DNA of 32,000 nt, taken from assembly GCF_003044035.1 (NCBI RefSeq), contig NZ_NVQC01000022.1, positions 180,001 through 212,000 on the forward strand, given 5' to 3'. The stretch comes from Candidatus Methylomirabilis limnetica. GTDB taxonomy: Bacteria > Methylomirabilota > Methylomirabilia > Methylomirabilales > Methylomirabilaceae. The number at the start of each line of letters is the position of its first letter. The stretch's first letter is position 1. Shown here piece after piece: positions 15,342 to 24,901 of this stretch. The translations under genes and the position numbers were made by a program. The notes under the pieces are model-generated. The model saw nothing but the letters and a program-made list of their open reading frames with translations, had not been told where the DNA came from and did no database searches.

Positions 15342-16166
15342 TTACGGGAACCTGAGCAATGGGGCCAATCCCGCATCCAGGTTCACCACCTGCGCCCCTT
15401 GGGTCGGCTGCGGGATTCGAAACAGCTCACGAGGCAGCTCGATATTCAGATTGTAGGACCGGTACGATACCTCCATCGCCACCTGCTTCAAGGGCTCCTC
15501 CAAGATGAGCGAACGCAACCCGTGGCCCGCAGGAGAGTACCGAAATCTCAAGCGGAGTGATTGTCGGTCGTACAACTCCCCCCTCAGAAGGCTCAGGTCG
15601 TCATCGGATAACCAGAGGCGCTGCGTGAAGGACGATTCCTGCTCTCGCAGCAGGTAAGCGTGATCGCCATCCGGGCCATAGAGTTCTGTCTTCTCAACCT
15701 GAATAGAAAGGGGCGGTAACCCAAGCAGTAACCGCGCCAGATGTGCCGGTGCCACGCGAAATCCAGTGACCGCGGCAACGCTATCAGGCGTCGCACTCCC
15801 CTCTACGAATATGTTCTGCAATAGTGCATGCGCGACCAGTCGGTGTCCGTCGCTCAAGACAACCAATGACGTGAACCCACCCCAGCCGATGTTCTCCAGT
15901 CGAATCAGATCTGGTCGCTCGATGGCGGCTACCCATTGACGATACTCTTGCGTCCCCCCGTACCGCACTGTGATGTCGAGTACAGCCTTCAGACTTGTGA
16001 CCGCAGCCTCACGCTCCTGTAGGGTATGAAGAATTTCCTGCACAACTGGCCGCGAAGGGCGCGGTAGATCCTTTTCCTCTACAACGAGATTAAGTGCATG
16101 GGCGCATCCACTCAGCACTATTCCGATTATCAGCGTCAGGGGGCGGAGAGATGGGCGACCGATCAT
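15342..16166 (-). CDS. Outer-membrane lipoprotein, LolB-like by position
   Basis: It has a signal peptide with lipobox LSGC (IGIVLSGCAHAL). It lies immediately upstream of ispE, like E. coli lolB, and overlaps the upstream TPR gene by 4 nt. I can verify no diagnostic sequence motif by eye. Confidence 0.5.
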   Translation of the reverse strand: MIGRPSLRPLTLIIGIVLSGCAHALNLVVEEKDLPRPSRPVVQEILHTLQEREAAVTSLKAVLDITVRYGGTQEYRQWVAAIERPDLIRLENIGWGGFTSLVVLSDGHRLVAHALLQNIFVEGSATPDSVAAVTGFRVAPAHLARLLLGLPPLSIQVEKTELYGPDGDHAYLLREQESSFTQRLWLSDDDLSLLRGELYDRQSLRLRFRYSPAGHGLRSLILEEPLKQVAMEVSYRSYNLNIELPRELFRIPQPTQGAQVVNLDAGLAPLLRFP

Positions 16167-17953
16167 CCACCCTCGCTAGAGAGCACGTCCAGGGCCTTTC
16201 TGAGCTTGTGCTGGATTGTCTCGTTGCTGCTGTCGATGGCGAGGGATCGTTCCCACTCCTTGATCGCCTCACGGGTCATCTGCTTTCTGAAGTAGACGTC
16301 CCCGAGGTGTTCAAAGATGGTAGGATCCTCCTTCTCGGTGAGTTCCACGGCACGCTTCAGTTCAACCAGGGCTTCGTCCACCATCCCCTTCTTATAATAG
16401 GCCCAGCCCAGGCTGTCTACGAAGGCCCCGTTATCGGGCTGAAGTTCTAACGCCCTCTTGACCAGGACGATCGACTCATCGAGATTGATCCCCTCATCGG
16501 CAAACATGAAGCCCAAGTAGTTATACGCATCAGCATTCTTTGGATCGACCTCCAAGAGCTTACGAAAGGTCGTTTCGGCCTTGTCAATGTGACGACTCCG
16601 TTCAAAGGCCGAGCCGAGTTGATAGAGATAGGCGGCATTGCTCGGTTCCAGACCGAGAGCGCGTTCAAGTTGCGCTATGGCCTGAGCATAGCTTTTTTGC
16701 TGGAAATAGATCAGACCCATCAGGTACGGAATGTTGCCCTCATTCGGCCTGAGGGCTCCCGCCGTAGAGAGCAGATCGTTTGCCTCGGCATACCGTTCCT
16801 TCTGGCTGAAGATGTACCCGCGGTGGAACAGCGCGTCGGGATAGCGTGGACTGTCCCTGGGAATCTGTATCAGCTCTTCGAGGGCCTCATCCAGGCGCTT
16901 GTCATCCTCAAGAATCAGCCCCAGATAGTAGCGGACCTCGTGGTTGCTCGGTTCTTCTTTGAGGATATCTCGAAAGACCCCCATGGCCTCGGCGTATGCC
17001 TTCTTTTCATAATAGATAAATCCAACCCGCAGCTTGAATGAGCGATTGCCCGGCTCCTGATCGAGCAGCAGCCGATACTCGATAAGGGCGGCGCCCAGGT
17101 CCTTCCGTCTCAAGTGAAGCTGAGCCAAACGCTCCCGAAACTCGCCATTCCTGGGATCGCTCTCGATCGCACGTTGGTACATCTCCCTAGCCTCGTCAAA
17201 TCTCCCCTGCGCCTCGAGGCTCATTCCAAGCGCCGCCAACGCAGGATCGAAGTCTGAATCGCGCTCCAGGATCTCTTGAAAGAGTTGGCTGGCCTGCTCC
17301 GACTGTCCCTCCTCCAGGTAGAGACGACCCAGGTTATAGCGGGCAACCAGCGAACCCGGATCAACGTCCAGTGCCCTCCGGTATACAGCGATTGCCTCCT
17401 GCGCTCGTTTGACCTCCGCATAGAGGGCCGCGAGCTGCAGGTATGTCTCGGTCCGGCTGGAGTTCAGGTCGACCGCCTCACGGAGGTAACGTTCGGCGAC
17501 CGGAAGGTTATGTAAGCCTTGATAGACGGTAGCCAAGAGCAGGTGGGCTGGAAGGTTCTTCGGATCAAGGGCGAGCGCTTCCTCTCCCGTGTTAATCGCA
17601 CTTCGAGCGTCGCCTCGCTTCATGTACAGGGAAGCCAAGTGATTGTGCATGACAACAGATCGGGGGTCGGCGTGCAGCGCCCCCTTCTGCCATGTGATCG
17701 CTACCTGATAATCCCCTGTTTGCTCTGCCAGCAGGCTCCTCATGAATCGGTAGTAGGCCTCGGCCTTTCCTTCCCGCCCGGTCCCTTCGGCCACGGAAGC
17801 GACGGCAGCCGGGGGCACCCTACGGTTCCCTGCAGCTTCAGGCTCTACCGTCTGGGCGGCCACGTACCCTTGACCGAACACAGCCAGCCCCAACAATCCG
17901 CAAAAGCATTGTCGGACCCACCCTAACCAAATCATACTCATCCAGCTCCGCAC
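16163..17953 (-). CDS. Secreted tetratricopeptide-repeat protein (about 14 TPR units)
   Basis: It has an N-terminal signal-like hydrophobic segment. Repeated 34-aa A-x-x-x-Y/F...A-L-x-x-x-P patterns follow throughout, for example AIAQLERALGLEPSNAAYLYQLGSAFERSRHIDKAETTFRKLLEVDPKNADAYNYLG. Confidence 0.85.
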   Translation of the reverse strand: MRSWMSMIWLGWVRQCFCGLLGLAVFGQGYVAAQTVEPEAAGNRRVPPAAVASVAEGTGREGKAEAYYRFMRSLLAEQTGDYQVAITWQKGALHADPRSVVMHNHLASLYMKRGDARSAINTGEEALALDPKNLPAHLLLATVYQGLHNLPVAERYLREAVDLNSSRTETYLQLAALYAEVKRAQEAIAVYRRALDVDPGSLVARYNLGRLYLEEGQSEQASQLFQEILERDSDFDPALAALGMSLEAQGRFDEAREMYQRAIESDPRNGEFRERLAQLHLRRKDLGAALIEYRLLLDQEPGNRSFKLRVGFIYYEKKAYAEAMGVFRDILKEEPSNHEVRYYLGLILEDDKRLDEALEELIQIPRDSPRYPDALFHRGYIFSQKERYAEANDLLSTAGALRPNEGNIPYLMGLIYFQQKSYAQAIAQLERALGLEPSNAAYLYQLGSAFERSRHIDKAETTFRKLLEVDPKNADAYNYLGFMFADEGINLDESIVLVKRALELQPDNGAFVDSLGWAYYKKGMVDEALVELKRAVELTEKEDPTIFEHLGDVYFRKQMTREAIKEWERSLAIDSSNETIQHKLRKALDVLSSEGG

Positions 17954-17975
17954 GCACTCTTCCAGGGGCTGGTAA

Positions 17976-18641
17976 CTACGATCGCCCCGTCATTTCCGGT
18001 CTGAGCCTAGCAGGTCTGCAGGTCGGAGTCAACGTCGAATACCTCGGGTCGGGTCGCTGTTGCGCACAGCCATCGATGATGGCCAGCAACGATTCTCGAC
18101 CCTCCTCAGACTTCGCAGAAAACGGGAGAATCTCCCGAAGATCACTCAAGCTCAAGGCATGGGCGGCATCGCGGATCTGCGCGTCGCGGCCCGTCCGTCG
18201 AAGCTTATCGATCTTGGTGAGAACGGGAACCCAGCCGATGGAAAAATTGTCCAGTAATCGCTTCATCTGAAGGTCCTTCTCCGTGACCCCTTGTCGCGCA
18301 TCAATAAGCACAATGACAGCCCTGAGGTCACGCCTCGCAGCAAGATACCCCTCGACCAGTGGTCCCCACGCCCGCCGGATCGATTCAGGTACCTTTGCGT
18401 AGCCGTAGCCAGGAAGATCAACCAGATAGAAGTCCTGGTTCACCAGGAAAAAATTGAGAAGTTGCGTTCTGCCTGGTGCGGCGCTGACGCGGGCAAGCCC
18501 ACGGCGGCGCAGCAGACAGTTGATCAACGAGGACTTGCCGACGTTAGAGCGGCCCACGACCGCGATCTCCGCTCTTTGCTCACGCGGGAGCTGGGCGAGC
18601 GAGGCGACGCTTATCACGAACTCAGCAGAGAGGATTTTCAT
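17976..18641 (-). CDS. engB: Ribosome-biogenesis GTPase EngB/YihA/YsxC
   Basis: It has G1 GRSNVGKSSLIN, G3 DLPGYGYA and G4 TKIDK. I chose the start at ATG 18641 (MKILSAEF...), because the upstream 26 codons look non-coding. Confidence 0.9.
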   Translation of the reverse strand: MKILSAEFVISVASLAQLPREQRAEIAVVGRSNVGKSSLINCLLRRRGLARVSAAPGRTQLLNFFLVNQDFYLVDLPGYGYAKVPESIRRAWGPLVEGYLAARRDLRAVIVLIDARQGVTEKDLQMKRLLDNFSIGWVPVLTKIDKLRRTGRDAQIRDAAHALSLSDLREILPFSAKSEEGRESLLAIIDGCAQQRPDPRYSTLTPTCRPARLRPEMTGRS

Positions 18642-18778
18642 GGTGTCAGTATAGCATAGCTTCCCCGCCGTTGTGAGGGTGTAGCCTTCCCCTGCGCCTT
18701 TCCCCTTGACCCGTCTCAATCCCCGTGATACTCCTCAGGCGACTAATGCTTTTCGCAGTTGGTTGCAAGGGAGGATGT

Positions 18779-19861
18779 ATGGCAAAGATCGCTGTATTGT
18801 CAGGAGATGGGGTTGGGCCGGAGGTCGTCCGGGAGGCGATGAAGGTCCTTGAGATCACCGGAGCCCGTTTCGGCATCCCCCTGGAGTTCGAGGAGGGGAT
18901 CGTCGGGGGGGCAGCCATCGATCGGGAAGGGACGCCGCTTCCGCTTCGGACGCTGAGCCTCTGCAAAGCGTGCGATGCGATCCTCTTCGGCGCGGTCGGT
19001 GGCCCCAAGTGGGATAGCCTGCCGGTGGATCGCCGGCCGGAGCGCGGTCTGCTCCTCCTCCGCAAAGAGCTGGGGCTGTACGCGAACCTCCGGCCAGTGA
19101 AGCTGTTTGCCCCCCTCGTAGATGCCTCGCCACTGAAGCGCGAGATCATCGAGGGAGTCGATCTGATGGTGCTGCGCGAGCTGACAGGTGGTCTCTACTT
19201 CGGTGAACCGAAGGGGATCGACGCCCTTCCCAATGCCCAAGGGGAACGAGCTGTAGACACCCTCATCTACACGACACCGGAGATCGAGCGAATCGCCAGG
19301 ATCGGATTCCAGATCGCCGCGCAGCGCCGGAAGCGACTGACTTCCGTCGATAAGGTCAATGTGCTGGCCAGCTCCCAGCTCTGGCGGCGTGTCGTCACCG
19401 AGACGGCCAAGGAGTTTCCTGGCATCGAGCTGGACCACATGCTGGTGGACAACTGCTCGATGCAGCTCATCCGCGATCCCCGCCAGTTTGACGTGCTGCT
19501 CACAGAGAATACCTTCGGAGACATTCTCAGCGACGAGGCCGCCATGCTCGCCGGTTCTATCGGGATGTTGCCTTCAGCCAGCCTGGGAGATGGGCCAGGG
19601 CTGTACGAACCGATCCATGGCTCCGCCCCCGACATCGCCGGGCAGGACACAGTCAACCCCCTTGCCACCATCCTGTCCGCCGCAATGCTCCTGCGCTATT
19701 CACTCCACCACGAGTTAGCAGCGGCCGCTATCGAGACTGCGGTAAGCCGGGTACTCGAGGCAGGGTACCGAACGCCAGATATCTGGCAACCTGGCCCCGC
19801 GGTACTCGTCAATACGGCACACATGGGTGACCTTGTGGTCGAGAGCCTTGTGAAAGGCTAA
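18779..19861 (+). CDS. leuB: 3-isopropylmalate dehydrogenase
   Basis: It has [17 protein letters not shown]..., the NLFGDILSD-type motif ([15 protein letters not shown]) and GSAPDIAG. The ATG at 18779 is preceded by GGGAGG. Confidence 0.95.
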   Translation: MAKIAVLSGDGVGPEVVREAMKVLEITGARFGIPLEFEEGIVGGAAIDREGTPLPLRTLSLCKACDAILFGAVGGPKWDSLPVDRRPERGLLLLRKELGLYANLRPVKLFAPLVDASPLKREIIEGVDLMVLRELTGGLYFGEPKGIDALPNAQGERAVDTLIYTTPEIERIARIGFQIAAQRRKRLTSVDKVNVLASSQLWRRVVTETAKEFPGIELDHMLVDNCSMQLIRDPRQFDVLLTENTFGDILSDEAAMLAGSIGMLPSASLGDGPGLYEPIHGSAPDIAGQDTVNPLATILSAAMLLRYSLHHELAAAAIETAVSRVLEAGYRTPDIWQPGPAVLVNTAHMGDLVVESLVKG

Positions 19862-19945
19862 GCGTGCCTGGAAGGGGTGTTGTTAAGATCGAAGTGCGGG
19901 AGGATGTGCGAAGACGTCGCGGGATAGGCGCTGCGTCACTGTCCG

Positions 19946-20413
19946 TTAAAGCGATGACACTCGGATGCGGCGGCGGATCAGATACCAGACTACAAAGACG
20001 TTGATCGCAAGCGCAACCCCGTAGGTGAGGCGGAACGACCGGATCACCTCGTACAGCTCAATTGGAATGAAGAGCCCCGTCACACCAATCGTCAGCCAGT
20101 CAGCCCATACCAGTCCCAGGTGAAGTCCCCAGGCCATGGTCAGCAAAAGGGCTGAGTACAGAATGGTCACGAACCCTATCGCAACGATCTGCTTCGAAGA
20201 GATTCCGGTAAGCCATCCGAGTAACTGCAGGAGATAATGGTTCTCCGGATCGACGCCCAGCGAATCGGCCACTCCCTCTGCCAGGTCGGAAATGTCTTTG
20301 TTGATCAGAGCAAAGACACCGAGGCTGATCAGCAAGAACAGGACCCCGCCAAGGACCTTGAGGGCAATGATGGTCCGCAGGGCCCCATCTTTTGAGGCAG
20401 TCGTCTCTGGCAA
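19946..20413 (-). CDS. Small 4-TM membrane protein, DUF2127-like
   Basis: There are four hydrophobic segments, and the C-terminal IPIELYEVIR motif is reminiscent of DUF2127 proteins. It apparently starts with TTG. The family call is from memory and unverified. Confidence 0.5.
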   Translation of the reverse strand: MPETTASKDGALRTIIALKVLGGVLFLLISLGVFALINKDISDLAEGVADSLGVDPENHYLLQLLGWLTGISSKQIVAIGFVTILYSALLLTMAWGLHLGLVWADWLTIGVTGLFIPIELYEVIRSFRLTYGVALAINVFVVWYLIRRRIRVSSL

Positions 20414-20633
20414 GGGCGCTACCCTCCCGGCCTCGTGCCGTAGGACCTCAGGGTGGACAGATTAAGTAGTCGCAAATATCTTCGCCAAAGCCGAATGCAG
20501 ACCGGGATAGGGTGAGGTCAGATCGCGGGAACACTGACCTCAAGCGGACAGGGCAAAGAAAACATCGGCGACGAACTGGCCAGAGACTGGCACTTTAGAA
20601 TGTTCTGCTGCCATCTCTGTGAACCGCGAACCG

Positions 20634-21920
20634 TTAACGCCCAAGCTTGCTCAGCCGCTCCTTCGCCATCCTCGCCTCCTGCGACTTTGGGAACTGCTTA
20701 AGCAGATCGTCGAGAACCGTACGTGCCCTGGACTTATCCCTCATCTCGAGATACGCATACCCCTGTTTGAGCATGGCGCTCGCTACCTTTGGATTATCCG
20801 GATGCTGCTTGGCAAGTAGCGCAAACTCCTTGATCGCCTGGCCATAGTTCTTCTGGCTGTAATACGACTCGCCAAGCCAGTACCGGGCATTCGGAGCGAG
20901 ACTAGAGTCTGGGTAGATCTCGATCTGACTTCGGAAACCGTTGATCGCTAATTCATAATGGCCTTTCGCATAATCGTTCAGGGCATTCCTGTACAGCTCA
21001 CCGGCACTCTGCACGCTAGTCACCGGTTGAGGAGCCGGGGTCTGGGGTGGAGGCGACTCCGCCGTTCGAGCGGCGGGGGACGGGGCCGTAACCTCTTGAG
21101 CCGAGGCCTGGGTGGCCGGCACAGGAGGAACAAGGGGTGCCGCCATGATCGGGGTAACAGCAGGGGACAGGGGCTGCGCCCCGGCGCGAGGCAAGGCGGC
21201 AGGGCCAGCGAGTGGCTTTCCCTTAGTCGGTTTTCTGGCTTCGGTCAGGGCCAGTTGTGCGGTTGCGTTTACCTGCTCAATTGCAGCGTTAGTCTGTTGG
21301 GCCATTTGTTGGAGCGCGGCCGTCACTTGCTTTGGAGTCTGCTGGGAGGCGACTACCGCCTGCTGAGCTACGGCTGTCGCCTCTTGTGAAGCAACAACGG
21401 ACTGATTGACCTGTTTGTCAAACCCGTTCACTCGTCGGCCGAACTGATCAAGCTGACGCCCAAACTCATCAACTCGCCTGTTCGCCTCTGCGATGCCATG
21501 GCCAATCCCCTCGGTTTGCCCCTGAGCCAAGCGCACTCCGGTTGTCAACTCGTCCAGCTTCACGGTGAGAGACGCCTGAGACTGAAGGAACCCCTGTCTT
21601 TCCTGTCGTTCCTGGGCGACCTTCGCCGATTGGCTCTTAAGGTCCGCGTCCAACCTCCCTAGCCTCTCCTCCAGAGCCGCCCGCCCGCGCTCACTCTTTT
21701 CCAGGCGCCCCTCGATCTTCTTGAGCCGCTCCTCGATAAACACTCTTGAGCCTTCATCGGTCCTGGCGACGACTGCCACCTCGCTCCTCACGGAGTCCAC
21801 ATCCCGCTGAAGCATGCGCAGAGGCAAATCCCCCTCGCACCCCATAGTCAACACACTAAGGGTCAGCGCAGCCGCTAGTGGGAGATGCAGCCTCATCCCC
21901 TTCTCTCTGGCATCGGCCAT
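20634..21920 (-). CDS. cpoB: Tol-Pal system protein CpoB/YbgF with extended coiled-coil N-terminal region
   Basis: It has the C-terminal YbgF TPR domain (YRNALNDYAKGHYELAINGFRSQIEIYPDSSLAPNARYWLGESYY...LLKQFPKSQEARMAKERL). It is the last gene of the tolQRAB-pal cluster. The start is uncertain, either ATG 21920 or ATG 21896 (MRLHLPL... signal peptide). The ORF-track start at 22004 overlaps pal. Confidence 0.8.
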   Translation of the reverse strand: MADAREKGMRLHLPLAAALTLSVLTMGCEGDLPLRMLQRDVDSVRSEVAVVARTDEGSRVFIEERLKKIEGRLEKSERGRAALEERLGRLDADLKSQSAKVAQERQERQGFLQSQASLTVKLDELTTGVRLAQGQTEGIGHGIAEANRRVDEFGRQLDQFGRRVNGFDKQVNQSVVASQEATAVAQQAVVASQQTPKQVTAALQQMAQQTNAAIEQVNATAQLALTEARKPTKGKPLAGPAALPRAGAQPLSPAVTPIMAAPLVPPVPATQASAQEVTAPSPAARTAESPPPQTPAPQPVTSVQSAGELYRNALNDYAKGHYELAINGFRSQIEIYPDSSLAPNARYWLGESYYSQKNYGQAIKEFALLAKQHPDNPKVASAMLKQGYAYLEMRDKSRARTVLDDLLKQFPKSQEARMAKERLSKLGR

Positions 21921-21933
21921 ACCGCGTGTCTCG

Positions 21934-22596
21934 TTATTTCGCACTAACGGCAAAATGGGCTCGCCGATTCCACTGCCAGGCGGACTCGTCGTGCCCAAGC
22001 ACAAATGGGCGCTCCTTCCCGAAACTGATTGAACTGATTCGATTCGCCTCGACCCCGGCAGCCATCAGGTAATCGCGCGTTGCTCTGGCTCGCCGATCAC
22101 CAAGCGCAAGATTGTACTCACTGGAGCCGCGCTCGTCGGTGTGACCTTCGATGGTCACCTTGGCTGCAGAGTTTTTCCTCATCCATTCAATGTTCTCGCT
22201 CAACAACTTCTTCGAGTCCTCTCGAATCGCGGCCTGATCGAAATCGAAGTAGATGTCTTTCAATGCCAGCACTGGTGCCTTGACCTCGGCTGCTGTTTCC
22301 GGCCTTACCTCCGCCTCAGCGATATTAGCCTCCGGGACCGCACCGGTCTCGGCGGTCGGCCTGGCTTCCGGCAACTGGGCCGCTACCTCAGTGGGGGACT
22401 TCTCTGCTGGAGTGGCAACTTTGGGCACCGGTGGAGGCGTCGGCGGAAGCACCGGCATACCGACCTCGCTTTGCGGCGCGATCGACCTCGGAACAGTCTC
22501 TACGACCTCTGGCCGCTTCGGACAGCCTGTCAGAAACAATACCATAAGGGCCAATGTGAGAGTAGAACCGACCCGTGCTCGCTGCATCCATCTCAT
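21934..22596 (-). CDS. pal: Peptidoglycan-associated lipoprotein Pal (OmpA-like domain)
   Basis: It has lipobox LTGC, a Pro/Ala/Glu-rich linker and a C-terminal OmpA-family domain (IYFDFDQAAIRED...TIEGHTDERGSSEYNLALGDRRA...NRRAHF). Confidence 0.9.
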   Translation of the reverse strand: MRWMQRARVGSTLTLALMVLFLTGCPKRPEVVETVPRSIAPQSEVGMPVLPPTPPPVPKVATPAEKSPTEVAAQLPEARPTAETGAVPEANIAEAEVRPETAAEVKAPVLALKDIYFDFDQAAIREDSKKLLSENIEWMRKNSAAKVTIEGHTDERGSSEYNLALGDRRARATRDYLMAAGVEANRISSISFGKERPFVLGHDESAWQWNRRAHFAVSAK

Positions 22597-22702
22597 ATCG
22601 AAGTCCTCCTTTTGTGCTAGCCAACGATCCTTTATACGCTATCCCGCCAATGTTTCGGTCATGCCTTCACGATGCCCCCTGAAAAGAACTGCCTATCCTC
22701 GC

Positions 22703-24037
22703 CTACGGCGACCAGTCGGCGAGGTAATTTTCCTTTCCATCCTTGGTCAATTGACGCTGATTCGATCCATCGGCCTTCATAATGTAAAGATGCCGATGAC
22801 TATTCCGCGTCGAGGTGAATAGAATATGCCGCCCGTCAGCCGACCACGACGGCTCCTCGTTATTGCGCGAATTCGACGTCAACTGGACCAGTCCCGTACC
22901 GTCGGGATTGATCAGGAAGATATCGAAGCTTCCACTCTGTCTACCCACGAATGCGATCTTATCCCCCCGTGGGGACCATCGAGGCGACACGCTATAGTTT
23001 CCAGCCCCGAAGGTCAGACGCCGGACATTGGTCCCTTCGATATCCATCAGGTAGACCTGCGGTGTACCGCCACGATCCGAATTAAATACGATCTGCCGTC
23101 CGTTAGGAGCGAAGGATGGGGAGATATCGATCTGCGGCCCCTGCGTAAGTCGACGAAGGCCAGTCCCGTCCGGCCGGACAAGAAAGAGGCTGGTGCCCAT
23201 ACCGCTGCTCATCGAAAAGGCAAGTCGCTCTCCATCCGGAGACCAAGCCGGGGCAACGTTGAGCCCAGGGTTTGACGAGATCTTCTGACGCCGGCCGGTC
23301 TCCAGATCGATCACGAACAGGTCTGGATTCTGATCACGATAGGAGGTGTAGGCGATCTTCTTGCCATCAGGAGACCACCGCGGCGACAGGTTAATGGAGT
23401 GATTACCGGTGATGAGGATGGGATTATATGCATCATAGTCCATGACGTAGATCTCTTTGGCGCCATTCACGGAGGAGACATACGCGATCCGCGAGGAGGC
23501 GATCCCTTTTTCTCCAGTCAGTCGGAAGACGATCTCGTCTGCCAAACGATGCACCATTGTCCGCAAGGTCCGAGAATCCCCAACATATCGCTTCCCGGAA
23601 AGCATCTCGCCCTTCGTCACCTCAAAGAGCTGACCTTCCAGGATAAGCTCGCTACCGCGAGACGAAAGCTTTCCAACCACCACGGCTTGGACCTTCAGGG
23701 AGTTCAGCGCCGATAACAACCCCTTCTCCTGCCCGAACTCGACCTGGGTGGCCTTGACTGGGAGGAACGACGAATCAATGACGTCGAAGATCCCCCCGCT
23801 CTTCAGGTCATCGGTCAGGATGGCGCCCGCCTGGGTGCCGAGGTCATCCGCCTTGGCGCCGGCCATCAGCGGCGGGAAGCCTACGACCGCAATGACAATC
23901 TTCTGTGCCTCCTTTCGAACAATGTCTACGGTATATTTTTCCTCTGCGGAGAGGGCCGGAAGCGGAAGCATCGCCATAACAAATAGCCCGAAGACAAAGA
24001 GCGCGCTACCCGAGCTTACGCAACGGTAGGATCGCAT
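22703..24037 (-). CDS. tolB: Tol-Pal system beta-propeller protein TolB
   Basis: It has a signal peptide, an N-terminal TolB domain and repeated PxWSPDG propeller motifs (SPRWSPDGKKIAYTS, APAWSPDGERLAFS, SPRWSPRGDKIAFV, EPSWSADGRHILF). Confidence 0.95.
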   Translation of the reverse strand: MRSYRCVSSGSALFVFGLFVMAMLPLPALSAEEKYTVDIVRKEAQKIVIAVVGFPPLMAGAKADDLGTQAGAILTDDLKSGGIFDVIDSSFLPVKATQVEFGQEKGLLSALNSLKVQAVVVGKLSSRGSELILEGQLFEVTKGEMLSGKRYVGDSRTLRTMVHRLADEIVFRLTGEKGIASSRIAYVSSVNGAKEIYVMDYDAYNPILITGNHSINLSPRWSPDGKKIAYTSYRDQNPDLFVIDLETGRRQKISSNPGLNVAPAWSPDGERLAFSMSSGMGTSLFLVRPDGTGLRRLTQGPQIDISPSFAPNGRQIVFNSDRGGTPQVYLMDIEGTNVRRLTFGAGNYSVSPRWSPRGDKIAFVGRQSGSFDIFLINPDGTGLVQLTSNSRNNEEPSWSADGRHILFTSTRNSHRHLYIMKADGSNQRQLTKDGKENYLADWSP

Positions 24038-24900
24038 CAGCTCTTCTCTCCCACAAATGTGAAGCGCAGGTCAAGTGAGAGCGCCTCGGCCTTAAACAGT
24101 GGAGGCAGCGGCGGCAGTGGGCTCGAGAGACCGACGGCGCGAACTGCCGAGTCGTCAAGCAGACGGTCTCCCGAGGACGACCCGACGGCGAGATTGCGAA
24201 CCTGCCCGGAACGAAGGATCCTCATGGAGAGACTCACGCTGGCCGTCGTACCAGGACTCATCTTTGGCGGCGTCCAGTTACTAGTAATTTTATCTTGGAT
24301 CAGGACGAAGTAATAGGCTAACGCCGGATCAGTGTTCCCCACCGTTATCCCGGTTTCCGTAGCCACACCGATACCCTGGCCAGCTCCCGCTTTTGTAAGA
24401 TCACCGACCGGCGGAGCGATTACAAACTGAGAGATGGCAGGAGCGGAAGTCACCTGTGGAGCGACGATCTTCGAGGGAGCAGGGGGCGTCACTACAGGTG
24501 CAACAGGCTGGCGCTCGGATGACCGGTGCCTATCCGGGAGGGTCATCTCCTCGGTCCGCGTTCGGGCGGCGTGGGGTCGTACCGCCGCCCCCGAAATGCT
24601 CGGATTGGGAAGCGATGGTAGCGTGAGAACATCCCGCGGCTGAGCGACGACTTTCGCCGTTGCGGTCGCGATCTTCTGCCCTGCCAGGAGAGGAGAATCC
24701 GGCTTCTGCTTACTGTCTATCTCCTGTAGAGACGCGAGCGTCACTTCGTAGCTGACCGGCACCTTGAATGGTTTACCGTGAAGCCACTGCGGGACATACA
24801 ACACCGCAAGCGCCAGAAGTCCATGGAGTAAAAACGAGAGACCACACGAGGACGACCCTTCCGGCAAAGGGAGACGCCTCCCAATCGCTCTCACCGCCAC
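24037..24900 (-). CDS. tolA: TolA-position protein with a TonB-type C-terminal domain
   Basis: It has one N-terminal TM helix, a long Pro/Ala/Ser-rich linker and a C-terminal TonB_C-like fold (YYFVLIQDKITSNWTPP...RSGQV...SSGDRLLDDSAVRAV). It lies between tolR and tolB, and its stop overlaps the tolB ATG (TGATG). Confidence 0.7.
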   Translation of the reverse strand: MAVRAIGRRLPLPEGSSSCGLSFLLHGLLALAVLYVPQWLHGKPFKVPVSYEVTLASLQEIDSKQKPDSPLLAGQKIATATAKVVAQPRDVLTLPSLPNPSISGAAVRPHAARTRTEEMTLPDRHRSSERQPVAPVVTPPAPSKIVAPQVTSAPAISQFVIAPPVGDLTKAGAGQGIGVATETGITVGNTDPALAYYFVLIQDKITSNWTPPKMSPGTTASVSLSMRILRSGQVRNLAVGSSSGDRLLDDSAVRAVGLSSPLPPLPPLFKAEALSLDLRFTFVGEKS

Positions 24901-24901
24901 A

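Noticed and set aside
18642-18778. Divergent engB/leuB promoter motifs (TTGACC...GATACT on the + strand, TATACT 7 nt before the engB ATG on the minus strand)
   Set aside because: Spacing and matches are poor (15-16-nt spacer, weak -10 or -35 partners). They are not strong enough to list as features.
20514-20541. 8-bp hairpin (GAGGTCAG...CTGACCTC) downstream of cpoB as an intrinsic terminator
   Set aside because: No U-tract follows it on either strand. I cannot support a terminator call from sequence alone.
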